Source: an uncultured Bacteroidales bacterium (GTDB taxonomy: Bacteria; Bacteroidota; Bacteroidia; Bacteroidales; M50B96). Taken from it: a stretch of 54,817 nt of DNA. The translations under genes and the position numbers were made by a program. The notes below the pieces were generated by a model. The model saw only the letters and a program-made list of their open reading frames with translations. It ran no database searches and was not told the DNA's origin. The first letter of the stretch is position 1. Every line of letters starts with the position of its first letter. The DNA is taken from the NCBI GenBank assembly GCA_964388245.1, contig CAYLZH010000004.1, positions 1 through 54,817 on the forward strand. The letters run 5' to 3'. This document shows, piece after piece, positions 38,375-47,984 of the stretch.

Positions 38375-39499
38375 CTAATTAAATTCTTCGTTTAATATCT
38401 TACCTGCTTCTTTTAGAGCTTTAATGTCCTCTTCTGGAAAGGATCCATCACCTTTTGGGCCCACATTCAACAACAGATTTGCATCTATTGACTTTGCATC
38501 TTTAAGCATATCAATAATATCGTCAGCGGTTTTATGATTGCCGTCGTGTTTCTTATTGTGCCCCCACGCATGAGGTTGTAGGGTATTGCAAATCTCTCGT
38601 GGTTTATCCTTGTTCTTCTCGTAAGTTCGTTTTGCAACATCAAATTGTTGACCGACTTTAGCTCCGCCTCCTCGTTCAGGTGCTATAAAATCTTCATCAC
38701 CATTGGCTCCCTGCTTGAATGAAATTAATGCATGTGGTGATATTTTTCGAATTAACGCATAAGTTGAGTCTATGGGAAATAAATCTGGTCGATGATAATA
38801 TCCCATGATAGGATCGAACCAGATTCCTGCCAGGTTGGGATATTGAGTGAGTAACTCCTTCATTTGATTATGGACAAAATCTACATATATCTTAAAGTCT
38901 TCGTCCTTTTCAAATTTATATTCAGGTTGTGCTTCAGTATAGGCAGGCCTTGCGTGTTGCCATCCAATTTCTCTTGAATAAAAGTATGGATGTTTCCAAT
39001 CTGCACCATAAGAATAGTATAAAAACAAGCCCAGCCCTTTTGTCTCACAGGCATCATAAAGTTCTTTAATTAAATCTCTATTTGCCGGAGAATTCATCAC
39101 ATTGAAGTCCGTGGCTTTTGTATCAAACAAACAAAATCCATCGTGGTGTTTTGAGGTAATGGTGATGTATTTCATTCCCGCGCTTATAGCGACTTCTGTT
39201 ATCTTATCTGCATCAAAGTTTTCGGCAGTAAACTGGTCTTTCAATTTAGCGTATTCTTTTACAGGTATCCTATCCCTTAATTGAACCCATTCGCCTTTTT
39301 CAAGAATACTATATAGTCCATAATGAATAAACATTCCGTAATCGGCATTTTTGAACCATGCTAAATTAGCCTCTCTTGGATTTTCCTCATATTCTTCTTG
39401 ATAGTCCTGTAAATAGGAAGGAGCTTTTATATCTCCAGCACATCTAATAAACAAAATAGCTACAATAAATACTAAAGTAAGTTTAATCTGTTTCATCAT
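38375..39499 (-). CDS. GH29 alpha-L-fucosidase (catalytic domain only)
   Basis: The motifs WFKNADYGMFIHYGLYS, ITSKHHDGFCLFDT and IWFDP are present. The stop lies 1 nt from the GH95 start. Confidence 0.9.
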   Translation of the reverse strand: MMKQIKLTLVFIVAILFIRCAGDIKAPSYLQDYQEEYEENPREANLAWFKNADYGMFIHYGLYSILEKGEWVQLRDRIPVKEYAKLKDQFTAENFDADKITEVAISAGMKYITITSKHHDGFCLFDTKATDFNVMNSPANRDLIKELYDACETKGLGLFLYYSYGADWKHPYFYSREIGWQHARPAYTEAQPEYKFEKDEDFKIYVDFVHNQMKELLTQYPNLAGIWFDPIMGYYHRPDLFPIDSTYALIRKISPHALISFKQGANGDEDFIAPERGGGAKVGQQFDVAKRTYEKNKDKPREICNTLQPHAWGHNKKHDGNHKTADDIIDMLKDAKSIDANLLLNVGPKGDGSFPEEDIKALKEAGKILNEEFN

Positions 39500-39503
39500 T
39501 TTT

Positions 39504-40958
39504 TTATTTTTTCCATTCTTGACTCTTAGCTGTTACTTCCCGATCCCATTCCTGTGGAGGATTGTTTTTGTATTTAGGATCTGCATCTTTTACCGGAAGA
39601 TTTCTGGCCACTTCGTATAACTCATCAAAATTCTCCTTTCTTATTTTACTATTCAATGAATCCAATAGATTGGTATTTTCTGCCGGATCTTCCTGAAGGT
39701 CATAAAATGCAGAAGCTTTTCTTTTAGTATCGATCCAAAGTTTAAACCGCTCATTCCTGATTACCCTGTCGCGGAATATATACTGATTCTCCACACCATT
39801 CTCGGTAAGTCTGGCCTGGTTTCTTCCACCCATACCAAGTATCCATTCACGTTCGGAACTTTCATTATTAATCAAAACCCGTTTAAAGGAAACTCCATCA
39901 ATATGGTGTGTATGTTCATCCGTTTTGTATTCTTTCCCAATATCTATTCCGCACACATCGAGGCAGGTTGGCAATATATCGCTAAAATCGACCAATGCAT
40001 TCGATGTTGTATTCGATTCAATCACAGATGGCCAGCTGGCTATAAATGGCAAGCAGATTCCTACTTCAGTAGTCTTTGCTTTTCCGCCTTGGACTTCCCT
40101 GCGATTTAGTTTTCCTGTTATGTTTCGTGTTGTTCCATTATCAGTTGTCCATATTATTAGGGTATTTTCTCTGATGCCTTCTTCCTCCAAAGTTTGTACT
40201 ATTTCAGCCGTAATCAGATCAGTGTATTTTACCATGGCTTTATGTTTACCCATTCTGGTATCCGCAGAGTCAAGAGGAGTGTTTACAAAAGGCGTATGGG
40301 TCAGTACCATCGGATAGTAAATAAACATCGATGTGTCTTTATATGCCCTTATAAAATCGCACACGAAGTCTTTAAATATATCGGGACCAAATTCGTTTTC
40401 ATAAGTTCGGCTACCATCTTTTGTAAAAATGTATGGTGATCGATACCTTTCTTCACTTGGTAGCGGATTTCCGCTTTCTTTCCCGGTCCACATACAGAAT
40501 TCATCAAAGCCAGCCTTAGTCAAAGCGTCGGGTTCTACCCTAAAATCGTCGATTTGCCATTTTCCTGCAACACAGGTTTTATATCCTGCTTTTTTCATTT
40601 CGAGCACCAATGTCGGATTCATCGTTTCATCGAAATGTGCTCCTGCCCCCCAACGTGGCACATCCCAATGATTTACCCAACCATGCCTGAAAGGATATTG
40701 TCCGGTAAGTAAAGTCACTCGCGAAGGTGTGCATTGAGGCATTCCATAAGCAATATTAAACAATTTGCCACTCCGAGCCAACTTATCAATATTGGGGGTT
40801 TGGATATCTTCTGCCCCGTAACAGCTAAGCCACTCCTTGCCTAAATCATCCACAAGTATGATAATGATGTTTGGATGGCTTTGATCCTCTGCGCTTTTAT
40901 CCTTTGTAGAGCAGCCCAGGGAAATTAATAAGATCAAAAAATACGCGTATTTTTTCAT
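39504..40958 (-). CDS. S1-family sulfatase
   Basis: The motif ILVDDLG and the FGly motif CTPSRVTLLTGQYPFRHG are present. There is a lipoprotein signal (LISLGCSTKD). Confidence 0.9.
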   Translation of the reverse strand: MKKYAYFLILLISLGCSTKDKSAEDQSHPNIIIILVDDLGKEWLSCYGAEDIQTPNIDKLARSGKLFNIAYGMPQCTPSRVTLLTGQYPFRHGWVNHWDVPRWGAGAHFDETMNPTLVLEMKKAGYKTCVAGKWQIDDFRVEPDALTKAGFDEFCMWTGKESGNPLPSEERYRSPYIFTKDGSRTYENEFGPDIFKDFVCDFIRAYKDTSMFIYYPMVLTHTPFVNTPLDSADTRMGKHKAMVKYTDLITAEIVQTLEEEGIRENTLIIWTTDNGTTRNITGKLNRREVQGGKAKTTEVGICLPFIASWPSVIESNTTSNALVDFSDILPTCLDVCGIDIGKEYKTDEHTHHIDGVSFKRVLINNESSEREWILGMGGRNQARLTENGVENQYIFRDRVIRNERFKLWIDTKRKASAFYDLQEDPAENTNLLDSLNSKIRKENFDELYEVARNLPVKDADPKYKNNPPQEWDREVTAKSQEWKK

Positions 40959-41072
40959 TTTAGATGTTTATATCATTGCTGTTCGAATAACCTCAAAGGG
41001 ATTCTTCGCATCGCGATCACTTACATTTTCTTCGTTTGTCGCTGTATGTCTGCCACATAAATTTCTTCATTG

Positions 41073-41196
41073 GTTGAACCCTTTCAGGGTTCGTATTCAT
41101 TCTGTACCCTTACCCCGCACTTCGTACGGGGTTATTCAGATTCGATCCTTTCAGGATCGTTTTCGTATACAAAACCACGAGTGGTTTAATTTAAAT
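41073..41196. repeat. Multi-hairpin intergenic repeat, copy 2
   Basis: It has the same blocks and orientation as 11314-11430. The hairpins are GAACCC-tttca-GGGTTC, ACCCCG..CGGGGT, CGATCC-tttca-GGATCG and AAACCA-cgag-TGGTTT. The 92-aa track ORF 41074..41352 merely reads through it. Confidence 0.75.
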
Positions 41197-41216
41197 AAGC
41201 CAGTTTGCTCGTTCAT

Positions 41217-41241
41217 GCCTTTGGGATTATGGGGCTTTTTT
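41217..41241 (+). terminator. Weak plus-strand hairpin plus T6 with no plus-strand CDS to terminate
   Basis: GCCTT-tgggattat-GGGGC (3 GC pairs plus 2 G.U pairs) is followed by TTTTTT (41236-41241). It lies about 20 nt downstream of repeat copy 2 and overlaps the sulfatase stop codon. Confidence 0.3.
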
Positions 41242-42691
41242 AATTACTTGTTTCGTTATAGTCCCTTCCATTTCTACTGTTTTCAACCGAGCTTTGCCAT
41301 TCCCGTAATTCTGCTTTCATCTTTGCTGCAATCTCGGGATATTCGTCTATAATGTTTTCGTTTTCCGATTTGTCGTTTATCAGATCGTAGAGTTCAAAAT
41401 TTTCACCCTTATTATCGCCGATCAATTTATATTGATTGCTTACCCATGAAATCTTTGGTCTGCAAATGAATCCAATGGGTTTATCCCTCTCCCTATTTGT
41501 TCCTTTAAGTGCGCCCAAAATACTTGTCCCATCAAGAGGTCGATCATCGGGATAATTAATTCCTAAAATGTCGAGGATGGTGGGCATGTAGTCGCTTGTA
41601 ACTGCCGAATAAGAGATTCGCTTGCCTTTGTCAAAACGGTTTTTCCAGACAGCAAATGCAGGTACTCTTACTCCTCCTTCGTATAAACTTCGTTTACGAT
41701 CTCTGAATTCCCCAGCCGATCATGGTGTACCAACCTCCGGGCCATTGTCGCTACAATAAAAAACGATAGTATTTTCAGCAATACCCAATTCCTCTAACTT
41801 TTTCCATAACCTACCAATTTGTTCGTCCATGGCCGTTATGGTTCCATAATAAATTTGTTTGTGCAGATCCATGTTAGCATAATAGCTTCTGTGGATACTA
41901 TCGCTAACAACTGGTAGGTGGGGAGTATGAAACCAAACAGTTGTAAAAAACGGGGTATTCTCCTTAACAGAATTTTCAATGAAGGGAACTACACGATCCA
42001 TGATAACCCGTGAATCATCGCCTTGCAGGTTGTTGGTTTCTTTTTGGTTTTCAGCCACCCAGTAGGCAGTGCCATAGTTTTTTGTAGAATCGTTCTCTTT
42101 TATTGCTTGCCAACCAAAACGTTTATTTTCACCTTTATCAAAAGTGGCTGGAAATACCATAGGATCGTATGTCGGCACTTTCGATTCTGTACAAAAAAAC
42201 TCATCATAACCATGCTCACTTGGAATGGTGTACTCATCATGAAACTTTGGCTTTCCTCCTCTGTTGGCATCCTTAACAGTTTTTGTCAATGTTCCCAAAT
42301 GCCATTTTCCAAAATGACCAGTAGAATAACCATGATCTTTAAGAATTTCAGGAATAGTAATTTCTTCCGTTTTCAAGTGCCCATGATTGGCATAAGGGAT
42401 ATCTGTCCGAAGCGGATTTCTGCCGGTTATCAGGCTTGCCCTGGTTGGTGAGCAAACAGCCGAAGCAGAATAAAATCTGTCGAAAACAATACCTTCCGAT
42501 GCCAAAGAATCCATGTTGGGAGTCAGGATTTCTTTGTTGCCATTGAAGCCCGTATCGTACCACCCATGGTCATCAGACATTATCAAAATGATATTTGGGC
42601 TTACAGCGGATTCTTTTTCTACTTGTTCGGCACAAGAAGAAATTGCAAACAATGTAATTATCAATAAACTTTGAACTATTTTTAATTTCAT
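41240..42691 (-). pseudogene. S1-family sulfatase interrupted by a single in-frame TGA (41720-41722)
   Basis: ORFs 41720..42691 and 41240..41587 are in the same frame (1104 nt apart). The 44 codons between them are open and read SAGEFRDRKRSLYEGGVRVPAFAVWKN..., the conserved sulfatase core. The N-terminal part has SDDHGW and CSPTRASLITGRNP. The reconstructed length is 483 codons. Confidence 0.8.
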
Positions 42692-42703
42692 CGATTTGAT
42701 TTT

Positions 42704-44815
42704 TTACCTATTAAAAACTTTTTTCGAATTCGCTTCAACGGCTTTTTCAAAAGCTTCAATAATATGCTCTGGCAATTGTGATTTGACTTTCCAGTCCGCG
42801 CTACCATAAACCCCGGCTTTTGAATAGTCGAAAGGTTCGAAGTTTATTTTCTGCGTGCTTTTATTGATCTTTAATCTAAAGTCGAAATTTGGGGCATCTT
42901 TAAAGTTCGGATCCTCCACAAAGCTATTCACATCTCGCCCTAATTGTTGCCATTCTGCAAAGGAATTTCCATTGAAATCGTACGTGTCGCCACCCGTGTT
43001 CCAATAAAGGTTCTTGTCCATGAAAATATCTATATCGTTCCATGCGCCCTTCAAAACAACCCCTTTATCAAAAACAACAATATTGTTACTAAAACTGAAC
43101 GAACGATGCTCCTCGACCCTGGTACATTGTGCCTGATACATTTTTGCATACGCAAAAATATTGTTCCTGATGGTATTATTTTTACCATAATGTTGGTGGA
43201 AACCACCCGTTTTGGTTACATACACCAAGTTGTTTTCCATCACAATATCAGAGGATCCTTCATCAGGATATAAGCCCCATCCTCCATAAGAGTATGCATG
43301 AATATGATGGATTACATTATTGCTGACAACGGTACCTTTCGATTTTCCCAAGGTATAAACGCCAGCCATATCGCTCAATAAGTCCCAACCAATATGATGG
43401 ATATGGTTATATCTAATTATATTTCTTTTGGCGAGACTTGGTTTGTAGCCCCAAACCCATCCTACCGAAATGCCGGTGTAGTAGAAATTCCCAATATCGT
43501 TATGCGTAATTTCATTGTCGGAACTATGGCCTACCCATATCCCAACAGCAGGTGGAAACTCCTGACCTCCGGTTTGAATAATATTATTGTCCAGTTTAAT
43601 ATGATTGGTATGCCCAGGGCCATCCAATGCCTTAACATCTCCCAGGTAAATACCACCCCCGCCAATATTGTGGATATAGCATCGGCTTGCAAGTGAATGG
43701 CTACATCCTTTTCCAAACCAGAGTGCATGTTGCCCTGTGTGCGAAATCTCGCAATCGGAGAAAGTGATATTCTTTGCCCATTCGAGCATTATGGCGGCAG
43801 GAATTTTGGATGCTGCCTGATTTGGCTCAAACCCGGTTTGTGGCATACGGTAATGACAATGCTTAAATGCAAGACCTTCGAATTTGATATGCCCTACAAA
43901 CTTATTATATGCTGGATCCCCTTCCACAGAAATTAGATTTTCTAATACTGGTGCTATTACCTCTGTGTTTTCAGGAGTTTGCCCTGGTAACGATATATAT
44001 GTCAGTATGCCTTCAGAGTTAAGGAACCATTCTCCAACCGAATCCAAAGCAGCTTGGTAATTTTCGAAAACAATGCGTCCACCTTTTTTAATTCGGTTCC
44101 ATGGTTTCATTCCGTTGCCGGAAGTAAACAAAGCCAAACTATCTTTATCGATTTTATCGATATGCCGAATGGTGAAGTCCCATTTATGATATGTCCGGAA
44201 ACGGATAAGTTCTAAATCATCATCACTAAGATTTTGAATCCATTTAAAATTAGCCTGATCAAAAGTCAATATTTGTAGCGCATTATCGGCAAAGCGACCA
44301 GTCCCCCTTTCCCAAATATTTTCTTTAACACCACCAATTTCAAAAAATCCTTTGTTTGGTGTTCGTGCAAGGGTGGCGCGTTTATTATTAACGTAGAGCT
44401 GGTCGAATCTCCATTTATAGTATATGCTTTCGGGAACCTTTGCCTCCCACACTCCATTTTCGTTTACAATAAATCCACTTAATTTTTTCCCTCCGCTAAA
44501 AACTGGACTAGCTCCCTTGGCCGCTTTATAGATTATGGGATATTCTTCTGAGCCACCATCTTCAGGCTTTAAAACTAAAGGCTCTTTCATCGTGTATTCA
44601 CCATCGGCAATTGTCACTACAAACGAAACTGGCGGTTCATGATTCTTGCTGTATTCACGTATTGCATTTCGGGCACCAGTTAACGAGGCCAATGGTTGTT
44701 CTGCGGTACCTATGTTTGAATCATTCCCTTCCGGGGAAATGAAGATTTCTACTTGAGCTTTTACTCCCAGGCTGAAAAGAAGGATTACTATCGATAATAG
44801 GGTAAATCTGTTCAT
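42704..44815 (-). CDS. Secreted right-handed parallel beta-helix repeat protein (pectin-lyase fold; putative glycanase of unassigned family)
   Basis: The N-terminus reads FISPEGNDSNIGTAEQPLASLTGA. Repeated motifs (NNIIxxxG, HNDIGN, ISVGW, NNVIHHI, ENNLVY, RNNIFAY) are typical of beta-helix turns. Confidence 0.7.
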   Translation of the reverse strand: MNRFTLLSIVILLFSLGVKAQVEIFISPEGNDSNIGTAEQPLASLTGARNAIREYSKNHEPPVSFVVTIADGEYTMKEPLVLKPEDGGSEEYPIIYKAAKGASPVFSGGKKLSGFIVNENGVWEAKVPESIYYKWRFDQLYVNNKRATLARTPNKGFFEIGGVKENIWERGTGRFADNALQILTFDQANFKWIQNLSDDDLELIRFRTYHKWDFTIRHIDKIDKDSLALFTSGNGMKPWNRIKKGGRIVFENYQAALDSVGEWFLNSEGILTYISLPGQTPENTEVIAPVLENLISVEGDPAYNKFVGHIKFEGLAFKHCHYRMPQTGFEPNQAASKIPAAIMLEWAKNITFSDCEISHTGQHALWFGKGCSHSLASRCYIHNIGGGGIYLGDVKALDGPGHTNHIKLDNNIIQTGGQEFPPAVGIWVGHSSDNEITHNDIGNFYYTGISVGWVWGYKPSLAKRNIIRYNHIHHIGWDLLSDMAGVYTLGKSKGTVVSNNVIHHIHAYSYGGWGLYPDEGSSDIVMENNLVYVTKTGGFHQHYGKNNTIRNNIFAYAKMYQAQCTRVEEHRSFSFSNNIVVFDKGVVLKGAWNDIDIFMDKNLYWNTGGDTYDFNGNSFAEWQQLGRDVNSFVEDPNFKDAPNFDFRLKINKSTQKINFEPFDYSKAGVYGSADWKVKSQLPEHIIEAFEKAVEANSKKVFNR

Positions 44816-44827
44816 TTCTTTAAATCC

Positions 44828-46489
44828 TTAATCATTGTAGTTACTTTCAATTGTAACCGGAGTTGATGGTTTCGCATAACCTAGCCTATTTAGAAGCTCG
44901 TTCACATCAGGTTTTAAATTTGATTCTATATCTGCATCGCCATACCACATTACACCTACTCCGTAGCCCATTTTACAATCAGTCCAGCTCCATATTTCCA
45001 TATCGAGTTGCAATGAAGTTGAAAAAGGCATTATATCCAATGATCTTGTGCGAATCTCTGTGTTAAACCCCTTTGTGTTTCGTTCCGTAGTGACTTTCCT
45101 GTTTAGCTTATTATAAACATGGCTTCGCGGTTGGGCATGAAATGGATGTTCATAAAAATCGGTACTCTTACCTCCCCAGGAGTAGCCATAATAATCTTCT
45201 GTTCCGGTACCAAAAATGGAAGGAAAATCTTCTCCGTCTACCCATATTTTTTCATCACCTTCGCCCCACCATCTTTCTACTGGATTGTATACGGTTAGTG
45301 CATCGCCAACATATATTCCACGCCCTTCAAGCGTGACATAATTCCAATCAGAATACGGGCGGGTAGGAACAGGATATTGGCCATGCCAGGCTGCATGAAA
45401 GTACATACTTCGCTCATTCCACTCATAATCTCCAACCGTGGCACTCAATTCGACATCAATAGGTTCTTCACCTAAATTTTCTATGCTGATACTGCCCGAT
45501 GTTTGATAAGGCATTACCCATCGGCAAGTCATTTTCCCATTTTCTGAAATCGTATTGTGCCAGCTTTGGTATGGGTTTAAGCCGATGCCGGAACCAAAAA
45601 AGTCACCTATTGGACACCAAACAGTTTCTTTACCATCAAATTTTATTTTGATGATTGTTGATCGCATTACTTCTTCATTGACGTAGGAACCAATTTGAAC
45701 TGCAATTGTCCTGAGAGCCGCCTCGCCCAATGGTAACTCAATTGTTTTTTCTGCTGATGGAGCAACTTTAGCACTTAAGTCAATGGACTGACCCTCTGTG
45801 AAATTTTCAGGATCTAATAATAATTTGCCAACCTGTTTTGTCAAGCTTTTTGTTTCCTGAAATTCTTCCTTTGAGAAGGTTTTGATTTTTGTACCCTCAG
45901 GGTATTCACGATAAGTGAACTGATAAAAGAAAGGACGACCTGTCGTTGTTATTTTACAGCTCTTGGCATAAGGAATAGGAAAGAACGAAACAGCCGAGCG
46001 TAAGGACTTGTGTGCAAATGGATAAGGGAATAAACCATCACCATTCAATAAGCCAAGCATGTTACCTTCTAATGCAGGTTCATCATTGCCATTTAAATAA
46101 ATTCTAATCTGAATGTCGGTCTCCGGCTTGTTCGCTTTTAAGAAAGGCATCCAAGTACGAACGATTGCTCCCGGACTGGAATGCTCCATAAGCACCCACT
46201 CTTTTTGCCCGTTTTTTTCTCCTATTCGGATAAAATTATGATCCTCATCATTAGCGTTAAAATCGCGATTTGCAAACCAACCCACACTATCCTCAACACT
46301 TACGGATGCACGGTTATAACTGCTTTGCTGTTTTAACCTGAAGTCAACTTCCGGAAAACAAGTCTGTGCATCTCTGTCAATCATTTCGTGCAATAATGAT
46401 TGAATGGAAATCTCTTCATTTTCATGATTGCATGAAGACAATATACCACTTAATACTATTGCAAGTAATATTGGCTTAAATCTCATCAT
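44828..46489 (-). CDS. DUF2961-like (GH172-like) lipoprotein
   Basis: The motif GTGTEDYYGYSWGG and the jelly-roll-like repeats match my recollection of DUF2961. This was not verified by a search. Confidence 0.55.
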   Translation of the reverse strand: MMRFKPILLAIVLSGILSSCNHENEEISIQSLLHEMIDRDAQTCFPEVDFRLKQQSSYNRASVSVEDSVGWFANRDFNANDEDHNFIRIGEKNGQKEWVLMEHSSPGAIVRTWMPFLKANKPETDIQIRIYLNGNDEPALEGNMLGLLNGDGLFPYPFAHKSLRSAVSFFPIPYAKSCKITTTGRPFFYQFTYREYPEGTKIKTFSKEEFQETKSLTKQVGKLLLDPENFTEGQSIDLSAKVAPSAEKTIELPLGEAALRTIAVQIGSYVNEEVMRSTIIKIKFDGKETVWCPIGDFFGSGIGLNPYQSWHNTISENGKMTCRWVMPYQTSGSISIENLGEEPIDVELSATVGDYEWNERSMYFHAAWHGQYPVPTRPYSDWNYVTLEGRGIYVGDALTVYNPVERWWGEGDEKIWVDGEDFPSIFGTGTEDYYGYSWGGKSTDFYEHPFHAQPRSHVYNKLNRKVTTERNTKGFNTEIRTRSLDIMPFSTSLQLDMEIWSWTDCKMGYGVGVMWYGDADIESNLKPDVNELLNRLGYAKPSTPVTIESNYND

Positions 46490-46586
46490 TCTGTGTTCCT
46501 ATTATAAATGCATCATTTTGAACAGATCAAGATTTCACAACTCATTCGCAATTCAATCGGCGAATAGTTCTGCCTATTAGGATCGT

Positions 46587-47984
46587 TTATTCCAAACAAA
46601 CTTCAATCGCATCCAAGACAGGTAGTACATCATCTTTTTTATGCATACGAAACTCAAGCTTAAAGGCATAGCCTTCATCTAATTCAGATACATCAAGCTG
46701 AGCTGCTGTTGTGTTAATTACCCGCACAAATCCTTCCTTTTGAGCATACGACTCTTTGATCTTTTGAAATGCTGTCCACTGGTCAATTTCGCCATCATCG
46801 TTTGTATCAACTCCTGCTCTCATTTCAACCCCGTCAACCCAGGGACCATCACTAATAAAATCGGATTCATTTCTTTGAACTATCAAGTAAAATTTACCTT
46901 CAGCAAATCCAACGGTTGGATCAGGATGGAAATCTTCTCCTACTTCTCCATCCCAAACAAATTCTTTTTTAATATCATCACTTCTCCATCTTCCTATCCG
47001 CATTGATTTTTCCGGATCTTTCGAATCATAATCACAAAAAAGATAGTATTGGCTGCCAACCTTAATCATGGTATAATCACCAAAGGCATCCTGTTCGTCT
47101 TCGTGAACCTCATAAGTATAAGGTGTCTGATCCGGTCCATAGGTTAAATGACTTGGAGCAGGTTTGTAAGGTGCGGTCTTGCCGGTTGATTTTGTTCGTT
47201 GGTCAATTGGAGCCGGATGTTCATGCGGCAAAAACCCATTAATTCCATCGGGGCTATCGGCATGACCGGCCAAGGGAGAATCCCAGGAATGCTTACGCGC
47301 ATTTACGGGGCTCCAGTCTTCGTATATAATGTGAAATGTACCATCATCATCGCGAAAAACGGCCATATCTGATCCATGAGAAGGATCATTTAAAACCATA
47401 CCCATTTCCTTACCCTGCTTCCCATCGGTTAAATCCTCATCGATAATTAAGTGTGGATCTTCATCGTTGGGTTTATCATAATAGATATAAAACTTGCCAT
47501 CAACATATTCTGCAGAGGTTACCCATCTGTTCTCTCCGGTTGAAACCGGGCCATGATGTATCCACTCCTTCATGTCCGTGCTATGCCACGCATGGTATCC
47601 ATTTTCAAAATCGTGTTGATATCGCCCTAAAAGCCAATAGTCATTATCAGCCACAGGTATAAAAACCGGGGCATCTCTAATTTCATCCGGCGTTATTTTT
47701 GGAATTGCTTTCCATGTGTTCCATTGTGGATGCTGCTTAATTGTGATAGAATGTAATTTCTTTTTCTCACCAAATTCTTGAAGCGTTGCGGAAAAAGATA
47801 CCGAATCGCTTTTGAAATGAATCAGGCCATCTTTTATTTCAATTTCATTGGTTTTATCAATAACCAATTGCCATTCATTCTGGGAGTCAATCGTCCATGT
47901 TTCAGGCGAAGTACTACATCCAGTTATAAAAAGGATGGTGGTAATAATTAACGCATTTTTTAGCATCTCTGATAAATTGATCAT
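46587..47984 (-). CDS. Five-bladed beta-propeller glycosidase-like lipoprotein (GH43/GH117-like)
   Basis: The motifs HAWHSTDMKEWIHHGPV, WVTSAEYVDGKFYIYYD and GSDMAVFRDDDGTFHIIYEDW fit propeller blades. Its ATG overlaps the GH3 stop (ATGA at 47981-47984). Confidence 0.5.
   Translation of the reverse strand: MINLSEMLKNALIITTILFITGCSTSPETWTIDSQNEWQLVIDKTNEIEIKDGLIHFKSDSVSFSATLQEFGEKKKLHSITIKQHPQWNTWKAIPKITPDEIRDAPVFIPVADNDYWLLGRYQHDFENGYHAWHSTDMKEWIHHGPVSTGENRWVTSAEYVDGKFYIYYDKPNDEDPHLIIDEDLTDGKQGKEMGMVLNDPSHGSDMAVFRDDDGTFHIIYEDWSPVNARKHSWDSPLAGHADSPDGINGFLPHEHPAPIDQRTKSTGKTAPYKPAPSHLTYGPDQTPYTYEVHEDEQDAFGDYTMIKVGSQYYLFCDYDSKDPEKSMRIGRWRSDDIKKEFVWDGEVGEDFHPDPTVGFAEGKFYLIVQRNESDFISDGPWVDGVEMRAGVDTNDDGEIDQWTAFQKIKESYAQKEGFVRVINTTAAQLDVSELDEGYAFKLEFRMHKKDDVLPVLDAIEVCLE

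Noticed and set aside
41074-41352. A 92-aa plus-strand ORF (MNPFRVRIHSVPLPRTSYGVIQ...).
   Set aside because: It merely reads through the multi-hairpin repeat and into the antisense of the sulfatase 3' end. The paralogous repeat at 11314-11430 has no equivalent ORF. It has no start context or recognisable domain.
41720-41722. The in-frame TGA in the sulfatase as a selenocysteine codon or a genetic-code change.
   Set aside because: TGA terminates other genes in this window (for example at 15255 and 47981), so there is no recoding of the genetic code. I know of no selenoprotein sulfatases. Only a weak 6-bp, 3-nt-loop hairpin lies about 24 nt downstream, which is unlike a bacterial SECIS.
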